From Clostridia bacterium (GTDB taxonomy: Bacteria > Bacillota > Clostridia > Christensenellales > UBA1242): 34,882 nt of DNA. Below the pieces are notes generated by a model, which saw only the letters and a list, made by a program, of their open reading frames with translations, was not told the origin of the DNA and did no database searches. How positions within the stretch are numbered: the first letter of the stretch is position 1; each line of letters begins with the position of its first letter. The position numbers and the translations under genes were made by a program. The DNA lies in the NCBI GenBank assembly GCA_017505165.1, contig JAFVPU010000150.1, positions 1 through 34,882 of the forward strand, in the 5' to 3' direction. This document shows positions 1-8,926 of this stretch, piece by piece.

Positions 1-1421
1 GGTAAGGTGGAAAGAAGATAACCAATAGCTCTTCTAAACCATGCTGCACTATCCCTTAGATTATCATAAACAGTTCGATTCTTGAGTGCGTTCTTAGTCT
101 TTATGTAATCTTCATAGAAGTAATCAGCAAGTTCTGGTGACATCGTTTGTTTGAAAGATTTCAATGTTTCATCTAACAGATGTGCAGCACGAGCGGTTTT
201 TCCATCGTACGCACCGCCACCGTCTGTAAGATCTCCATAAAACAGTGTCAGTGTAACAAAAGCAATCTTGTTGATATGATAAGCAATAGATGATGTTGTA
301 CTTCCTGCATAACTAGCTAATGAAGCTGAATATTCAACATAAGACCAGAGTTTATTCAATGCTGATGCATTACCATGTGCCATTCCATGTTTTGCAACAT
401 ATTCATCTGCAAACTGTTCACACACTTTAACTTGTTTTGACATATAAAAATGATCTGACATTTTTCTTGAATCGAATGATCCAGAATATAATTCAGGAAA
501 CATTTCTTTTGTAATCATGTACGCTTCTTCTAAGACAATGGAAATAACAGGAAGCAACATAAGCATCCCAATGACAGTGATTACCATATCAACAAACCAA
601 CCAAAGATTGAAGCCGCCCAACTACCATGATCATTCATTCCGTCAATAGCTGTACACTGATCGATTGATTTATCTGATTTGTCTTTCAATTTTGGATCAA
701 GAAGATTAATACCTTCTTTAAGCAATTTTGCTTTTTCTTGTACAGAAGCATTTTCCAAAAAATATTCCATAGATCTGTTGTAAACCTGCATACGGAAGCA
801 AAGATCAGCACTATGTGCTAGTGTACTAACCATATGTCCTATCTCATGTAGAACGATACCTGTTATCTCTTCGGCAGTAAAATACTCTAGATTAACATGT
901 GCGCATTCTTTAACCAAGAATGAACCATATGGATCAAAATACAAAGTCATGGTACATGGGACTTTATCCTGAAGAGTTGTAACAGTAAACTTTCCTGTTT
1001 CCCTATTAAGAGATTCTGCGACAACTCTCATGTCTTCAGCAGTTCTAGGTGTAATACCAAGCTCTCTCATCCAATACTGAATCATGGGTTCGGTATCCAT
1101 TCCACTGTATCTACTGATAACATCGTTAGCAGTAAGTCCCCACTTGTCACCAAAATTCATCAAGCATGCGAACCCCATATCCAGGTGTCGTGACAACTTA
1201 ACACTTGTACAGGTTATTCCAGTGTGTTTCTTTATAGCTGCAGTTAGTTTATTAACTGTAACATCTTTAACATATTTAGGAATCTGTTTAACCCGTTCTA
1301 CTGTGGTGTCAATGGATTCACGTTTGTCAATAACTTCTTGAAATATTTGAATCAAATCATTGGCCAAAGGAGATCCTTTAGTCTGAAAAGCAATTGATTC
1401 ATTTGAACAAATTTTAAGCAT
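1..1421 (-). CDS. Virion-associated zinc metallopeptidase-like protein (HExxH, M48/gluzincin-like), truncated at window edge
   Basis: Absent from the ORF track because it runs off the edge. ATG at 1421 with AAGGAG RBS; N-terminus MLKICSNE|SIAFQ; in-frame EITGIVLHEIGH (848-834) and EQFADEYVAKHG..ASALNKL (from 419); late-type motif upstream. Confidence 0.8.
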   Translation of the reverse strand, partial: MLKICSNESIAFQTKGSPLANDLIQIFQEVIDKRESIDTTVERVKQIPKYVKDVTVNKLTAAIKKHTGITCTSVKLSRHLDMGFACLMNFGDKWGLTANDVISRYSGMDTEPMIQYWMRELGITPRTAEDMRVVAESLNRETGKFTVTTLQDKVPCTMTLYFDPYGSFLVKECAHVNLEYFTAEEITGIVLHEIGHMVSTLAHSADLCFRMQVYNRSMEYFLENASVQEKAKLLKEGINLLDPKLKDKSDKSIDQCTAIDGMNDHGSWAASIFGWFVDMVITVIGMLMLLPVISIVLEEAYMITKEMFPELYSGSFDSRKMSDHFYMSKQVKVCEQFADEYVAKHGMAHGNASALNKLWSYVEYSASLASYAGSTTSSIAYHINKIAFVTLTLFYGDLTDGGGAYDGKTARAAHLLDETLKSFKQTMSPELADYFYEDYIKTKNALKNRTVYDNLRDSAAWFRRAIGYLLSTL

Positions 1422-1446
1422 ATGTTATCTCCTTATAACAAATTAG

Positions 1447-1456
1447 CATAAAATGC
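1447..1456 (-). promoter_or_regulatory. Putative late promoter (GCATTTTATG)
   Basis: One-mismatch copy of the CATnCTAT(G/A) motif, about 25 nt upstream of the 1421 start. Confidence 0.5.
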
Positions 1457-1458
1457 TG

Positions 1459-1490
1459 AAAAAAGAACCCCAGTAAAAGCTGGGGTTCTT
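1459..1490 (-). terminator. Intrinsic terminator
   Basis: 11-bp stem AAGAACCCCAG/CTGGGGTTCTT with a T-run on the minus strand, ending the early transcription unit. Confidence 0.8.
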
Positions 1491-1494
1491 GATG

Positions 1495-1587
1495 TTAGAG
1501 CAGACACAGAAATCTGATATACATAGTCGACATCATCTGCTGACGAATAATCTGCTCGGTCATGAGAGTCATGGTTACATTGAACAT
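1495..1587 (-). CDS. Small Met-rich peptide (30 aa)
   Basis: GAGGTG RBS overlapping the upstream stop; translation MFNVTMTLMTEQIIRQQMMSTMYIRFLCLL*; fills the gap up to the terminator. Confidence 0.45.
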   Translation of the reverse strand: MFNVTMTLMTEQIIRQQMMSTMYIRFLCLL

Positions 1588-1594
1588 ATGCACC

Positions 1595-2044
1595 TCACAA
1601 CTCTGATAATCCGAATTTGACAGTAAGTCCGTCCAACTCTTTTTCAGTTACAAATTCTGTGTTTTCACGCATCTGAGCAACTTTTTCGGCAGGAACATTA
1701 TGAACATTGCCGAATATACCAGTCATACGAATGATCTGCACAGGATATTTGTACTTCCTACACATATCAAAGTAGGGTTTCCGTTCCCATGCTTTCGTGA
1801 ACGTATTGGAAACAATCACAACACGTCCACAGACGATATCTCGTTCGACATTCGATTGACACCACTCATGAGCGTCCTTCAATCTCGAAGGATCAAAGTT
1901 GTAATCTCCTTCGGTTTCAAAGAACATGTCAGCTTCATAGTGAGTTGTATCAAAACCCGCATATTGCGGGTCTTGAAGAATTTCCTTTGCTTTGGTTGTT
2001 TTACCGCTGCCAGGAACCCCGATAATCATGATCAATTTTTGCAT
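1595..2044 (-). CDS. P-loop kinase (AAA_33 / polynucleotide-kinase-like)
   Basis: Walker A GVPGSGKTT at the N-terminus; EADMFF, SNTFT..WE..Y and GNVHNVP motifs; AAGGAG RBS. Confidence 0.85.
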   Translation of the reverse strand: MQKLIMIIGVPGSGKTTKAKEILQDPQYAGFDTTHYEADMFFETEGDYNFDPSRLKDAHEWCQSNVERDIVCGRVVIVSNTFTKAWERKPYFDMCRKYKYPVQIIRMTGIFGNVHNVPAEKVAQMRENTEFVTEKELDGLTVKFGLSEL

Positions 2045-2092
2045 GATGATTCTCCTTTGTGTTATTTGGGTTAAAACTTATTCTATTTTATA

Positions 2093-2300
2093 CTCTAGGT
2101 ATCAATGTGTTCTTTGACATATTAAGTTGAGTCCTTAATAGACAGGTGACAACACATTGAAATCAAATAAACCTTGCGATTAGGTTCAGTTTGAAAGTTT
2201 TAGTTGTTTTCTTGGTGGAACAAGAACCAATCACTAACTTTCGACAACGAATGAATATACCAGTCATTGTGATCTCCTTTCTATTGATACCTAGAGATCA
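2093..2300 (-). ncRNA. Putative structured leader or ncRNA downstream of an early promoter
   Basis: Perfect 14-bp inverted repeat (2093-2106 / 2283-2296) enclosing internal hairpins at 2102-2160, 2170-2186 and 2193-2242. Confidence 0.5.
2163..2267 (-). CDS. Small basic peptide (34 aa) within the structured leader
   Basis: AAAGGAG RBS; translation MTGIFIRCRKLVIGSCSTKKTTKTFKLNLIARFI*. Confidence 0.4.
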   Translation of the reverse strand: MTGIFIRCRKLVIGSCSTKKTTKTFKLNLIARFI

Positions 2301-2313
2301 TTAATGTAATATA
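2298..2313 (-). promoter_or_regulatory. Early phage promoter TATATTAC-N5-TGA
   Basis: TATATTAC ATTAA TGATCTC; matches the phiKZ early consensus TATATTAC; one of four same-strand copies. Confidence 0.75.
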
Positions 2314-2340
2314 TATTCAAATAAAAATGAACAATAAAAC

Positions 2341-2378
2341 AAGATAGAAGGTGGTGCTTAAGCACCACCTTCTATCTT
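2341..2378. terminator. Perfect 38-bp palindrome, likely terminator of the head-protein operon
   Basis: AAGATAGAAGGTGGTGCTT/AAGCACCACCTTCTATCTT, 17 nt after the stop of 2396..4021. Confidence 0.75.
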
Positions 2379-2395
2379 AAACACAAAATATCAAC

Positions 2396-4021
2396 TTACC
2401 AGAGTCTGGTACCATACACATCACCTAGGAAAGGTTCTGCTTTATTACCAGGCTGTTCTCCTTCAGGAGTTTCAGTCGGTTCGATATGCGGAGCGTTTCC
2501 AGGATGTGGTTCACCGTTAGGATCAACACCTTTTGCAGGGTCATCAAGAGGTTTGTCATTGGGAACATTTTCAGGTGTTTCAACACCATTCTTGGTTTCA
2601 CCAGCGGACGGGTCTCCTTGTTCTGCTTCTTTAGGATCAGTAGCAGGTTCTTCACCACTTGGTTCTGCCTGCTTACCTTTTGGATCTTCTTCAGGTGTAG
2701 CTTCTTTCGGATCTTCGTTAACATATTTGGCATCAAGACCCATTGGATCTTCAGTTGTGATAGCTTCAGGTGCAACGCCTTTATCAGACGCATTTACAAC
2801 AAGCTTTCCAGCCATAGTCAGAACCTGATCCACCAATTCATTTATGGATGCACTATACACAGCAATCACATCACCGAGAAATGCAGCATAACTACGTCCG
2901 GCAGAGATAGTGGATTCACAAAAATCTTTCTGTGAAGAATCCATCTGAATAGTTTCAATGGATTTAGTGACATCATCACGCACTGTACCAAGTTTGTTAT
3001 AAACATAAGCAAACTTAGGAACTGAATAAAGCACGTTCTTAACAGCACCTGCAGCAACAACAATGTTACTCGGAGTCCAACGGAACACTGCCATAGTCTG
3101 CTCCTGAGGAGCATCTGCTGGTTCAACTGGAGTAACAGGAGTTGTAGTAACAACAGGTTGTTTCTCTTCTCCTTCACCTTCTTCAGTTGAAATAACTTCA
3201 GCAGGATCACCAGTAAGCACAGGTTGCGGATTGAGAACTTCTGCAGGCTCAGGAGCAGTCTGTTCTGCTTCTTTAGGAGTCTCAGGGACGATCTGCACAG
3301 AAGGAGTGTCTTCATCTCCTTCAAGCAAACTTTCAGTTCCAGTCTCAACGATCTTGTATCCAAGAACTTTCATATATGGTTCAAGTGTACGAAGTTCTTC
3401 ACTGGAAGTTCCGAGAGAAGCAAAGTTATCGTTGATGTACTGCAGAGCATTAACGCGCTCCATGAACACAGGCTGTGTGTATCCAAAGATGTCATCACTG
3501 TTGAATGAAACAGCATCAATTTTTGCTCCTTCAGAGCTGATACTACTCACAACACGATCAATCATCGCGTTCTGACTGGTAGCCTGATCCTGCAATTTTG
3601 TAAAGAAAGTTCCAGCAGATTCAACAATCTGATCAAAAAACACTTTGACTTTTTCGTATGCATTGACAATAGTTTCATCAATGTTCTCACAGCATGCGAT
3701 TCCAACAGCTTTTGCATTCTCAGCAGTAATAGCAGGAATCTCCATTCCGATAACATCAGAAAGAGTATTACCAGAATTGAAAATGCACATGATAGATTCA
3801 GATGCACCATAAGTTTTGATAACACTCTTTGCATTTTTGAGAGTGCTTAGTGCATTGCAGATCTTGCGATCATTCGTAACAACAGCTGTTACTTTTTTGG
3901 CAGCAATGTCAACAGCAAAACGTGTGTTGATCATGTTGGCCATGTCTACCCAAATCATTTGGGATTTTGGAGACTCCTGATTAGTATCAAAAGCATCCAA
4001 GTGAAGATTAAGTCCACTCAT
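2396..4021 (-). CDS. Putative internal head (ejection) protein with acidic Pro/Glu-rich regions
   Basis: Last gene of the gp89/gp90-like operon. The amphipathic helix E|NIDETIVNAYEKVKVFFDQIV resembles phiKZ-like head protein paralogues (recalled, unverified). Contains low-complexity P/E/T segments. Confidence 0.6.
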   Translation of the reverse strand: MSGLNLHLDAFDTNQESPKSQMIWVDMANMINTRFAVDIAAKKVTAVVTNDRKICNALSTLKNAKSVIKTYGASESIMCIFNSGNTLSDVIGMEIPAITAENAKAVGIACCENIDETIVNAYEKVKVFFDQIVESAGTFFTKLQDQATSQNAMIDRVVSSISSEGAKIDAVSFNSDDIFGYTQPVFMERVNALQYINDNFASLGTSSEELRTLEPYMKVLGYKIVETGTESLLEGDEDTPSVQIVPETPKEAEQTAPEPAEVLNPQPVLTGDPAEVISTEEGEGEEKQPVVTTTPVTPVEPADAPQEQTMAVFRWTPSNIVVAAGAVKNVLYSVPKFAYVYNKLGTVRDDVTKSIETIQMDSSQKDFCESTISAGRSYAAFLGDVIAVYSASINELVDQVLTMAGKLVVNASDKGVAPEAITTEDPMGLDAKYVNEDPKEATPEEDPKGKQAEPSGEEPATDPKEAEQGDPSAGETKNGVETPENVPNDKPLDDPAKGVDPNGEPHPGNAPHIEPTETPEGEQPGNKAEPFLGDVYGTRLW

Positions 4022-4037
4022 AATCTTTTCCTTTGTT

Positions 4038-4955
4038 TTAACCTTTACATGCAGTATTGACGGTATGCAAGAGCGTCATCATCAATCTGAATGTGTCCGT
4101 AATAGGATATGAATCGTTGTCTTCTGGTACCAGATCGATCGTCTCAGGTGTAACACAGATTGCATAAGCAAGAGGTGCACTCTTTCTTGCATTATATTTT
4201 GCAATGCAATCTTTGTATATTGGACACGAAACAATGTCCGGATAAATATATTGATCGAACAAAAGATCGGATGCATATGTCCTTCCGTTGTATGTACCTT
4301 CACACATCCAAAGGATTGACATAAGAACTTTCTGCGCAATTATGATACGGGTATTAAACATCTTTGCATCAAGTTCAGCATCTTTCTTCTGGAAAGGACG
4401 AACGAGCATATCTTTCACAATTTCACAGTACGCACTGAATTGATCTTTTGTTATAGTTTCCTGCACATCAGAGATATCAAATGTGCAAGAATTCCGTTCT
4501 TTGTGTGCTTCAGCAAGAGAACCAAACATGCCAACAAAGTGCGGTGTGTATTCAGATTCTGCCATGCGTTTTACAATTGAAACAAAGTTTAACAAAGCAG
4601 TTTTTGCTGAAGGAGGCAAACAAGGAATAATATTTCCAAGTTTAACTTCTTTCACCCAACGATCATAAACGTTGACAACGATATTCTTCAAAAGACCTTT
4701 CTGATATTCAATGAGCTGGTCTTTGTATTTCTGTGCCAATTCAGTACAATCATTATCATCGTAATCACAAGGAATATCAAATTCTTCACAATAAAGACGA
4801 TACATTGTAGCATCACAGACAAAGCTGATCTTGTCAAGGAATGCGACTGTTGTCCAGTCGCAAACCCAGACATGAGAGTTAACTCTATCTGCTTCAGATT
4901 TGATGATCGCCTGAGCATGCTCAAACGAACTAAATCCCAAGTCTAAACGAGCCAT
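4038..4955 (-). CDS. Hypothetical protein, probably virion head
   Basis: 305 aa, AGGAGG RBS, operon context, N-terminal SSFE possible maturation site. Confidence 0.6.
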   Translation of the reverse strand: MARLDLGFSSFEHAQAIIKSEADRVNSHVWVCDWTTVAFLDKISFVCDATMYRLYCEEFDIPCDYDDNDCTELAQKYKDQLIEYQKGLLKNIVVNVYDRWVKEVKLGNIIPCLPPSAKTALLNFVSIVKRMAESEYTPHFVGMFGSLAEAHKERNSCTFDISDVQETITKDQFSAYCEIVKDMLVRPFQKKDAELDAKMFNTRIIIAQKVLMSILWMCEGTYNGRTYASDLLFDQYIYPDIVSCPIYKDCIAKYNARKSAPLAYAICVTPETIDLVPEDNDSYPITDTFRLMMTLLHTVNTACKG

Positions 4956-4967
4956 AGAGTTACCTCC

Positions 4968-5954
4968 TTATTCTTCGTTGAGATATGCATCAATTTTCTG
5001 ATCAAGACCAGCAATCATCTCGTCATATGCAGCAATGATTTTGACCTGTTTACGATATTCATCGCTATTTGGATCAACGTTCTGGAGCTGAAGTTTCAAA
5101 AGAGCAACATGCGATTCCATCCACTCTTTTTCTTTCTTAGCTTTTAGATAACGAGAGTGCTTGATGATATTCCATTGTTCACCGAGCCAACGAAAGATAA
5201 TAAACTTACGCGCACCAGTCTGCATAAAGTTACGAACAACTGGAGAATACTTCTCAAACTGAATAAACCCAGTATTCGGACCATTATTGTCGTCAACAAG
5301 AGAAACATCAAGATTGTTCTTGACACGATCGATTTCAGATGTGATAACAGAAGCATTGCTTGCCATACGATTCTTACAAATCTGTATATACTCAGTCAAA
5401 TGTTTCTGAATCTTCTGAATACGATATTTCTTTGGCATAGGAAGCTCTTTGACACCATTGTTTTCACAGATCTCATAAGAGATGTTATCAATGAGATAAA
5501 TTGTAAAATCAACAAAGGTTTCTGCTTCTTCAATTACACCCATGATAGCAACTTGAGACAATTTGGCATTGTAAACTGTAATTGCTTTATCTTTGAATGT
5601 GGTAGCAGTGTTGCGTTCAATTGCTTCCAAAGCACCAATATAGTGTTTGGTGATATAAGTGAAGCTATCAAACGCGCTTCTCAGATCGTTACGACCAATA
5701 CCTTTTGCAATAGTAACATATGCGTTACAAGCAAGGTTGTTTCGATCATTTGAAGCTTTATAAATTTTATCAGCAATAACCTGACGATCCTGCGTTGAAA
5801 AAGCAGCAAGGGTATTCTGAAGGTTATTGAGACGTTCAATTAGGATAAGAAGATTCTCTTTAAAATCTTCTTTATTGATTGTATTCATTTTGGCACCAGG
5901 AGCAATCTCTTTCATGATAGCCTGGCCAAGTTCCTTAACAAAATCCAAAACCAT
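4968..5954 (-). CDS. phiKZ gp90-like internal head protein
   Basis: C-terminal pattern FRWLGEQW...RYLKAKKEKEWME...LLKL followed by a coiled coil; lies directly after the gp89-like gene. Homology recalled, not searched. Confidence 0.65.
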   Translation of the reverse strand: MVLDFVKELGQAIMKEIAPGAKMNTINKEDFKENLLILIERLNNLQNTLAAFSTQDRQVIADKIYKASNDRNNLACNAYVTIAKGIGRNDLRSAFDSFTYITKHYIGALEAIERNTATTFKDKAITVYNAKLSQVAIMGVIEEAETFVDFTIYLIDNISYEICENNGVKELPMPKKYRIQKIQKHLTEYIQICKNRMASNASVITSEIDRVKNNLDVSLVDDNNGPNTGFIQFEKYSPVVRNFMQTGARKFIIFRWLGEQWNIIKHSRYLKAKKEKEWMESHVALLKLQLQNVDPNSDEYRKQVKIIAAYDEMIAGLDQKIDAYLNEE

Positions 5955-5965
5955 AGTTCAACTCC

Positions 5966-7249
5966 TTAGAATCTAGGTGCTTGTCCCTGAGAAAATGCAG
6001 TCATGACTTCCTTGAGGTCAAAACTATCTTTTCCCTTACTTCCAATCTTGTTGATCATGGTGTATGAATACGTACCAACAGTAGGAATACCAGCAAAGTA
6101 CATCTTCATAGTTCCATACATGGGATCAACAACACACATAACCATACTGAAAGTTTTCAAGAAAAACTTGTTGCGAGTGATATAGTTATCAAAGTCAATA
6201 TGAGCATCACGACAAGTCCTATCAAACGTTTGCTTGTCCAGAATAAGGATAGCATTAGCAAGGTTGTGACGTTCAGGAAGGAAATTGGTAAGACCAGCAA
6301 CCCAACGGAACAAACTATTGCGTTGACGGATGAGCATCTCATTAACGAGGCCAGTATTATCTTTCTTAAGAGCTGTTGACTGTTTCTTGATCAAGTCTTT
6401 AGCAAACAAGAAATCTTTGATAAAACTGATTTCTCCGGCACGGAGCTGCTGAATACGTTGAGACAAGGTAGGAGTAAAGTTCAATGACATGAATTGCTCA
6501 GCGACTTCGGTCTTGAGGATATAAGGAACAAGCTGAACATACATGTAGACCTTAGCAAGAGATCCCGTCATCGTAGTTGTTTTACCGCCACTCATTGTAT
6601 TTTTGGCCAATGAAGTTGATACAGTATTCTGTTTGGATGAAGTAGATGAAGTACTTCCAGTTTCAACAGGCTTTCCATTATCACCAATCAGGTTCTTATC
6701 GACAGTTCCTGAAGTTGTTCCAGACGACTGTCCGTAAGTAGTTGTCTGTGTTCCACCTGAACTGTTTGAACTTTCAGTTGTAACAGTCTGCATCAAAAAG
6801 TCGAGTTCAATCAAACGACCACAAACAAGTCTCTGCGATTCAAGATCCATCTCGATGACTTTTGCTTCACACGAAGGACGAACTTTAGATGATTTTTCTG
6901 TTCCAAAATCAGAAGCAATATCATTCAGAAGCTTTTCAGTAAAGGATTCACCAGAAACCAACTGAAGACGGGTACGAACGGAACGTCCATCAGCACAACG
7001 TGAATCAATACCGAGCGCTGTAATGATCCAACAACAATACATCTGATTGAGGATACTCATCAGAGGAATTGCAATATCATCTTGTGCAATGGAGTCTTCA
7101 ATGTAAACTCGTCCCATGACGTTCGCCTGATGACCATAAGCTGTCAATGATGGCATCTTCTTTTCAATACCACCCTGACGAATCCACTCAGCGAGTTTCG
7201 AAAGACCATCGGTTCCTGCTTTGAACATAGATACGGGGTCCATAAACAC
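5966..7249 (-). CDS. phiKZ gp89-like inner-body/head protein
   Basis: SLTAY...YIED...LNQMY..WI..AL N-terminal block, VSGE and PSCE candidate cleavage sites, GEISFIKDFLF and DPMYG motifs; divergent from the gp88-like gene. Confidence 0.65.
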   Translation of the reverse strand: MFMDPVSMFKAGTDGLSKLAEWIRQGGIEKKMPSLTAYGHQANVMGRVYIEDSIAQDDIAIPLMSILNQMYCCWIITALGIDSRCADGRSVRTRLQLVSGESFTEKLLNDIASDFGTEKSSKVRPSCEAKVIEMDLESQRLVCGRLIELDFLMQTVTTESSNSSGGTQTTTYGQSSGTTSGTVDKNLIGDNGKPVETGSTSSTSSKQNTVSTSLAKNTMSGGKTTTMTGSLAKVYMYVQLVPYILKTEVAEQFMSLNFTPTLSQRIQQLRAGEISFIKDFLFAKDLIKKQSTALKKDNTGLVNEMLIRQRNSLFRWVAGLTNFLPERHNLANAILILDKQTFDRTCRDAHIDFDNYITRNKFFLKTFSMVMCVVDPMYGTMKMYFAGIPTVGTYSYTMINKIGSKGKDSFDLKEVMTAFSQGQAPRF

Positions 7250-7304
7250 CTCTATTTTAAAAAGTTAACCTTATATATTTAACGTAGTAAGTACTACTAA
7301 CATG

Positions 7305-7314
7305 CATAGCATGG
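7305..7314 (-). promoter_or_regulatory. Putative late promoter (CCATGCTATG)
   Basis: CATnCTATG copy upstream of the head operon. Confidence 0.6.
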
Positions 7315-7349
7315 CATAATTTGTGACTATATTTACATTGGTTAATTTG

Positions 7350-7359
7350 GCATCCTATG
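7350..7359 (+). promoter_or_regulatory. Putative late promoter (GCATCCTATG)
   Basis: Divergent partner of the 7305 motif, about 35 nt before the ATG at 7394. Confidence 0.6.
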
Positions 7360-7393
7360 AACATTATCGACTATATACTAATAGGAGTTCTTT

Positions 7394-8914
7394 ATGGCAA
7401 ACGATGTTTTAGACGTAGTCAGAGAATACCTACCTGAACAATATAAAAATTCTTCTCTCCCGAACATACCACCTGGGTATGTCCGAGATGCGTGGGAAGA
7501 TATGATGCATGATTTACATACAAGACGAGATATGGATCAAAACACGAGAGATCGTATCGTTAATCTTGCGTATGCGTCATCGGGCGCTGGTGGGTATTTT
7601 AACACTGTACAAACATTTATGACTTGTCTCGACCAATTCGATATGCATGCGGTTCAGCCCAATACAGAGACAAGTGGTTTAACATTTATAACAAGACCCA
7701 GATTGTGTCTTCAATCTTCCAACCTGCGTAACAGCAGAATAATGACAGCATTGGATACCCTCAATCAGACATCTATGGCTTTTGCAATCCGATGTTTGTT
7801 GGATACAAATTTCCACCTTGCTAATGGTGAACGTTATTTGAATTATGTAGCAACATCTCCAATTGTTGATATGCAAAATCCATTTCTTGTACCATGCTGC
7901 AATGCATTAGTTGGATTTAGCGGAGGACAAGATATTGTTATCCAAACTCAGACAACTGAAGGAGGATATCAATGCGAGGCACAAACATTTGCAATTGGAT
8001 CTGATAATCTTCAACGTGGAAATTATCAATTACAACTGACATTCCGTGATGCACAGCATGGACCTATTACAGCATTATTCTTCTACTGGTTGGAATACAT
8101 CAGATGTGTTACAAGAGGTATAATGCTAGCATATGCTGACGATATCGATGAACAGAGACTTAACTACACTGTATCGATTTATCGATTCTTGCTTGATCCA
8201 TCTCGGAGATACATAACAAAGTATGCTAAATTCACTGGATGTTTTCCGACAGCATTATCAATTGGTTCAATGTTTAACAAAAATGCTGGTGAATATTTTG
8301 TTCAATCGGCATCCCAAGTAACAGTTCCATTTATGTGTAACAAAATTGAATATATGGATTATGCAATTCTTATGGATTTCAATACTCTCATGAGAAGGTA
8401 TTGCAAACATATAAACAGTCTTAAGAGCAATCCTCTAGAAGAACATGAACCAAATCTTAGAGGATATCAAACCGGTGATTTGTTATATCCAAATCTTCCA
8501 AGAGAACCTCTTAGTAACTGGAGAGGTTTGCCATATATCACAAGTGATATGCATGGAATGCGATTGGAATACAGAAGAGTACCAAATCCGGTATTCAATA
8601 CCTCAGACGATCTTGTAGATCAACTAATGTATATTGATTTACAAAGCAAACTTATTCACGATGGAGAATCAAGATTTGTAACCAGTTCTGCTTATACACC
8701 AGAAATGCTAAAAGAATCTGAACGATACAAAGGTATTTCAATGGATACTTTCTTCAATCGTGTCATGAAAGATGTTGGAACTGATCCAAAAGGATTCGAT
8801 CCGATACCACTCGGATTACAACCAAAACAAAATGAAAAAGAAATAGCTAATCAGCAAAAGAAATCGTTATCAACTTACGATTTGATTGTTGATGGTACTG
8901 GTCTTAATTATTAA
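7394..8914 (+). CDS. phiKZ gp88-like virion structural protein (possibly baseplate or tail-tube related)
   Basis: GLTFITRPRLCL..SNL, QNPFL, YTVSIYRFLLDPS and GCFPT motifs; synteny with the flanking genes. Confidence 0.65.
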   Translation: MANDVLDVVREYLPEQYKNSSLPNIPPGYVRDAWEDMMHDLHTRRDMDQNTRDRIVNLAYASSGAGGYFNTVQTFMTCLDQFDMHAVQPNTETSGLTFITRPRLCLQSSNLRNSRIMTALDTLNQTSMAFAIRCLLDTNFHLANGERYLNYVATSPIVDMQNPFLVPCCNALVGFSGGQDIVIQTQTTEGGYQCEAQTFAIGSDNLQRGNYQLQLTFRDAQHGPITALFFYWLEYIRCVTRGIMLAYADDIDEQRLNYTVSIYRFLLDPSRRYITKYAKFTGCFPTALSIGSMFNKNAGEYFVQSASQVTVPFMCNKIEYMDYAILMDFNTLMRRYCKHINSLKSNPLEEHEPNLRGYQTGDLLYPNLPREPLSNWRGLPYITSDMHGMRLEYRRVPNPVFNTSDDLVDQLMYIDLQSKLIHDGESRFVTSSAYTPEMLKESERYKGISMDTFFNRVMKDVGTDPKGFDPIPLGLQPKQNEKEIANQQKKSLSTYDLIVDGTGLNY

Positions 8915-8926
8915 TAAGGAGTAAAT

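Noticed and set aside
1084-1341. 85-aa plus-strand ORF
   Set aside because: Lies antisense within the real minus-strand gene 1..1421.
2093-2296. MITE or invertible segment bounded by the 14-bp inverted repeats
   Set aside because: No target-site duplication or nearby recombinase, and one arm abuts the early promoter start region; RNA structure is more parsimonious, though inversion is not excluded without reads.
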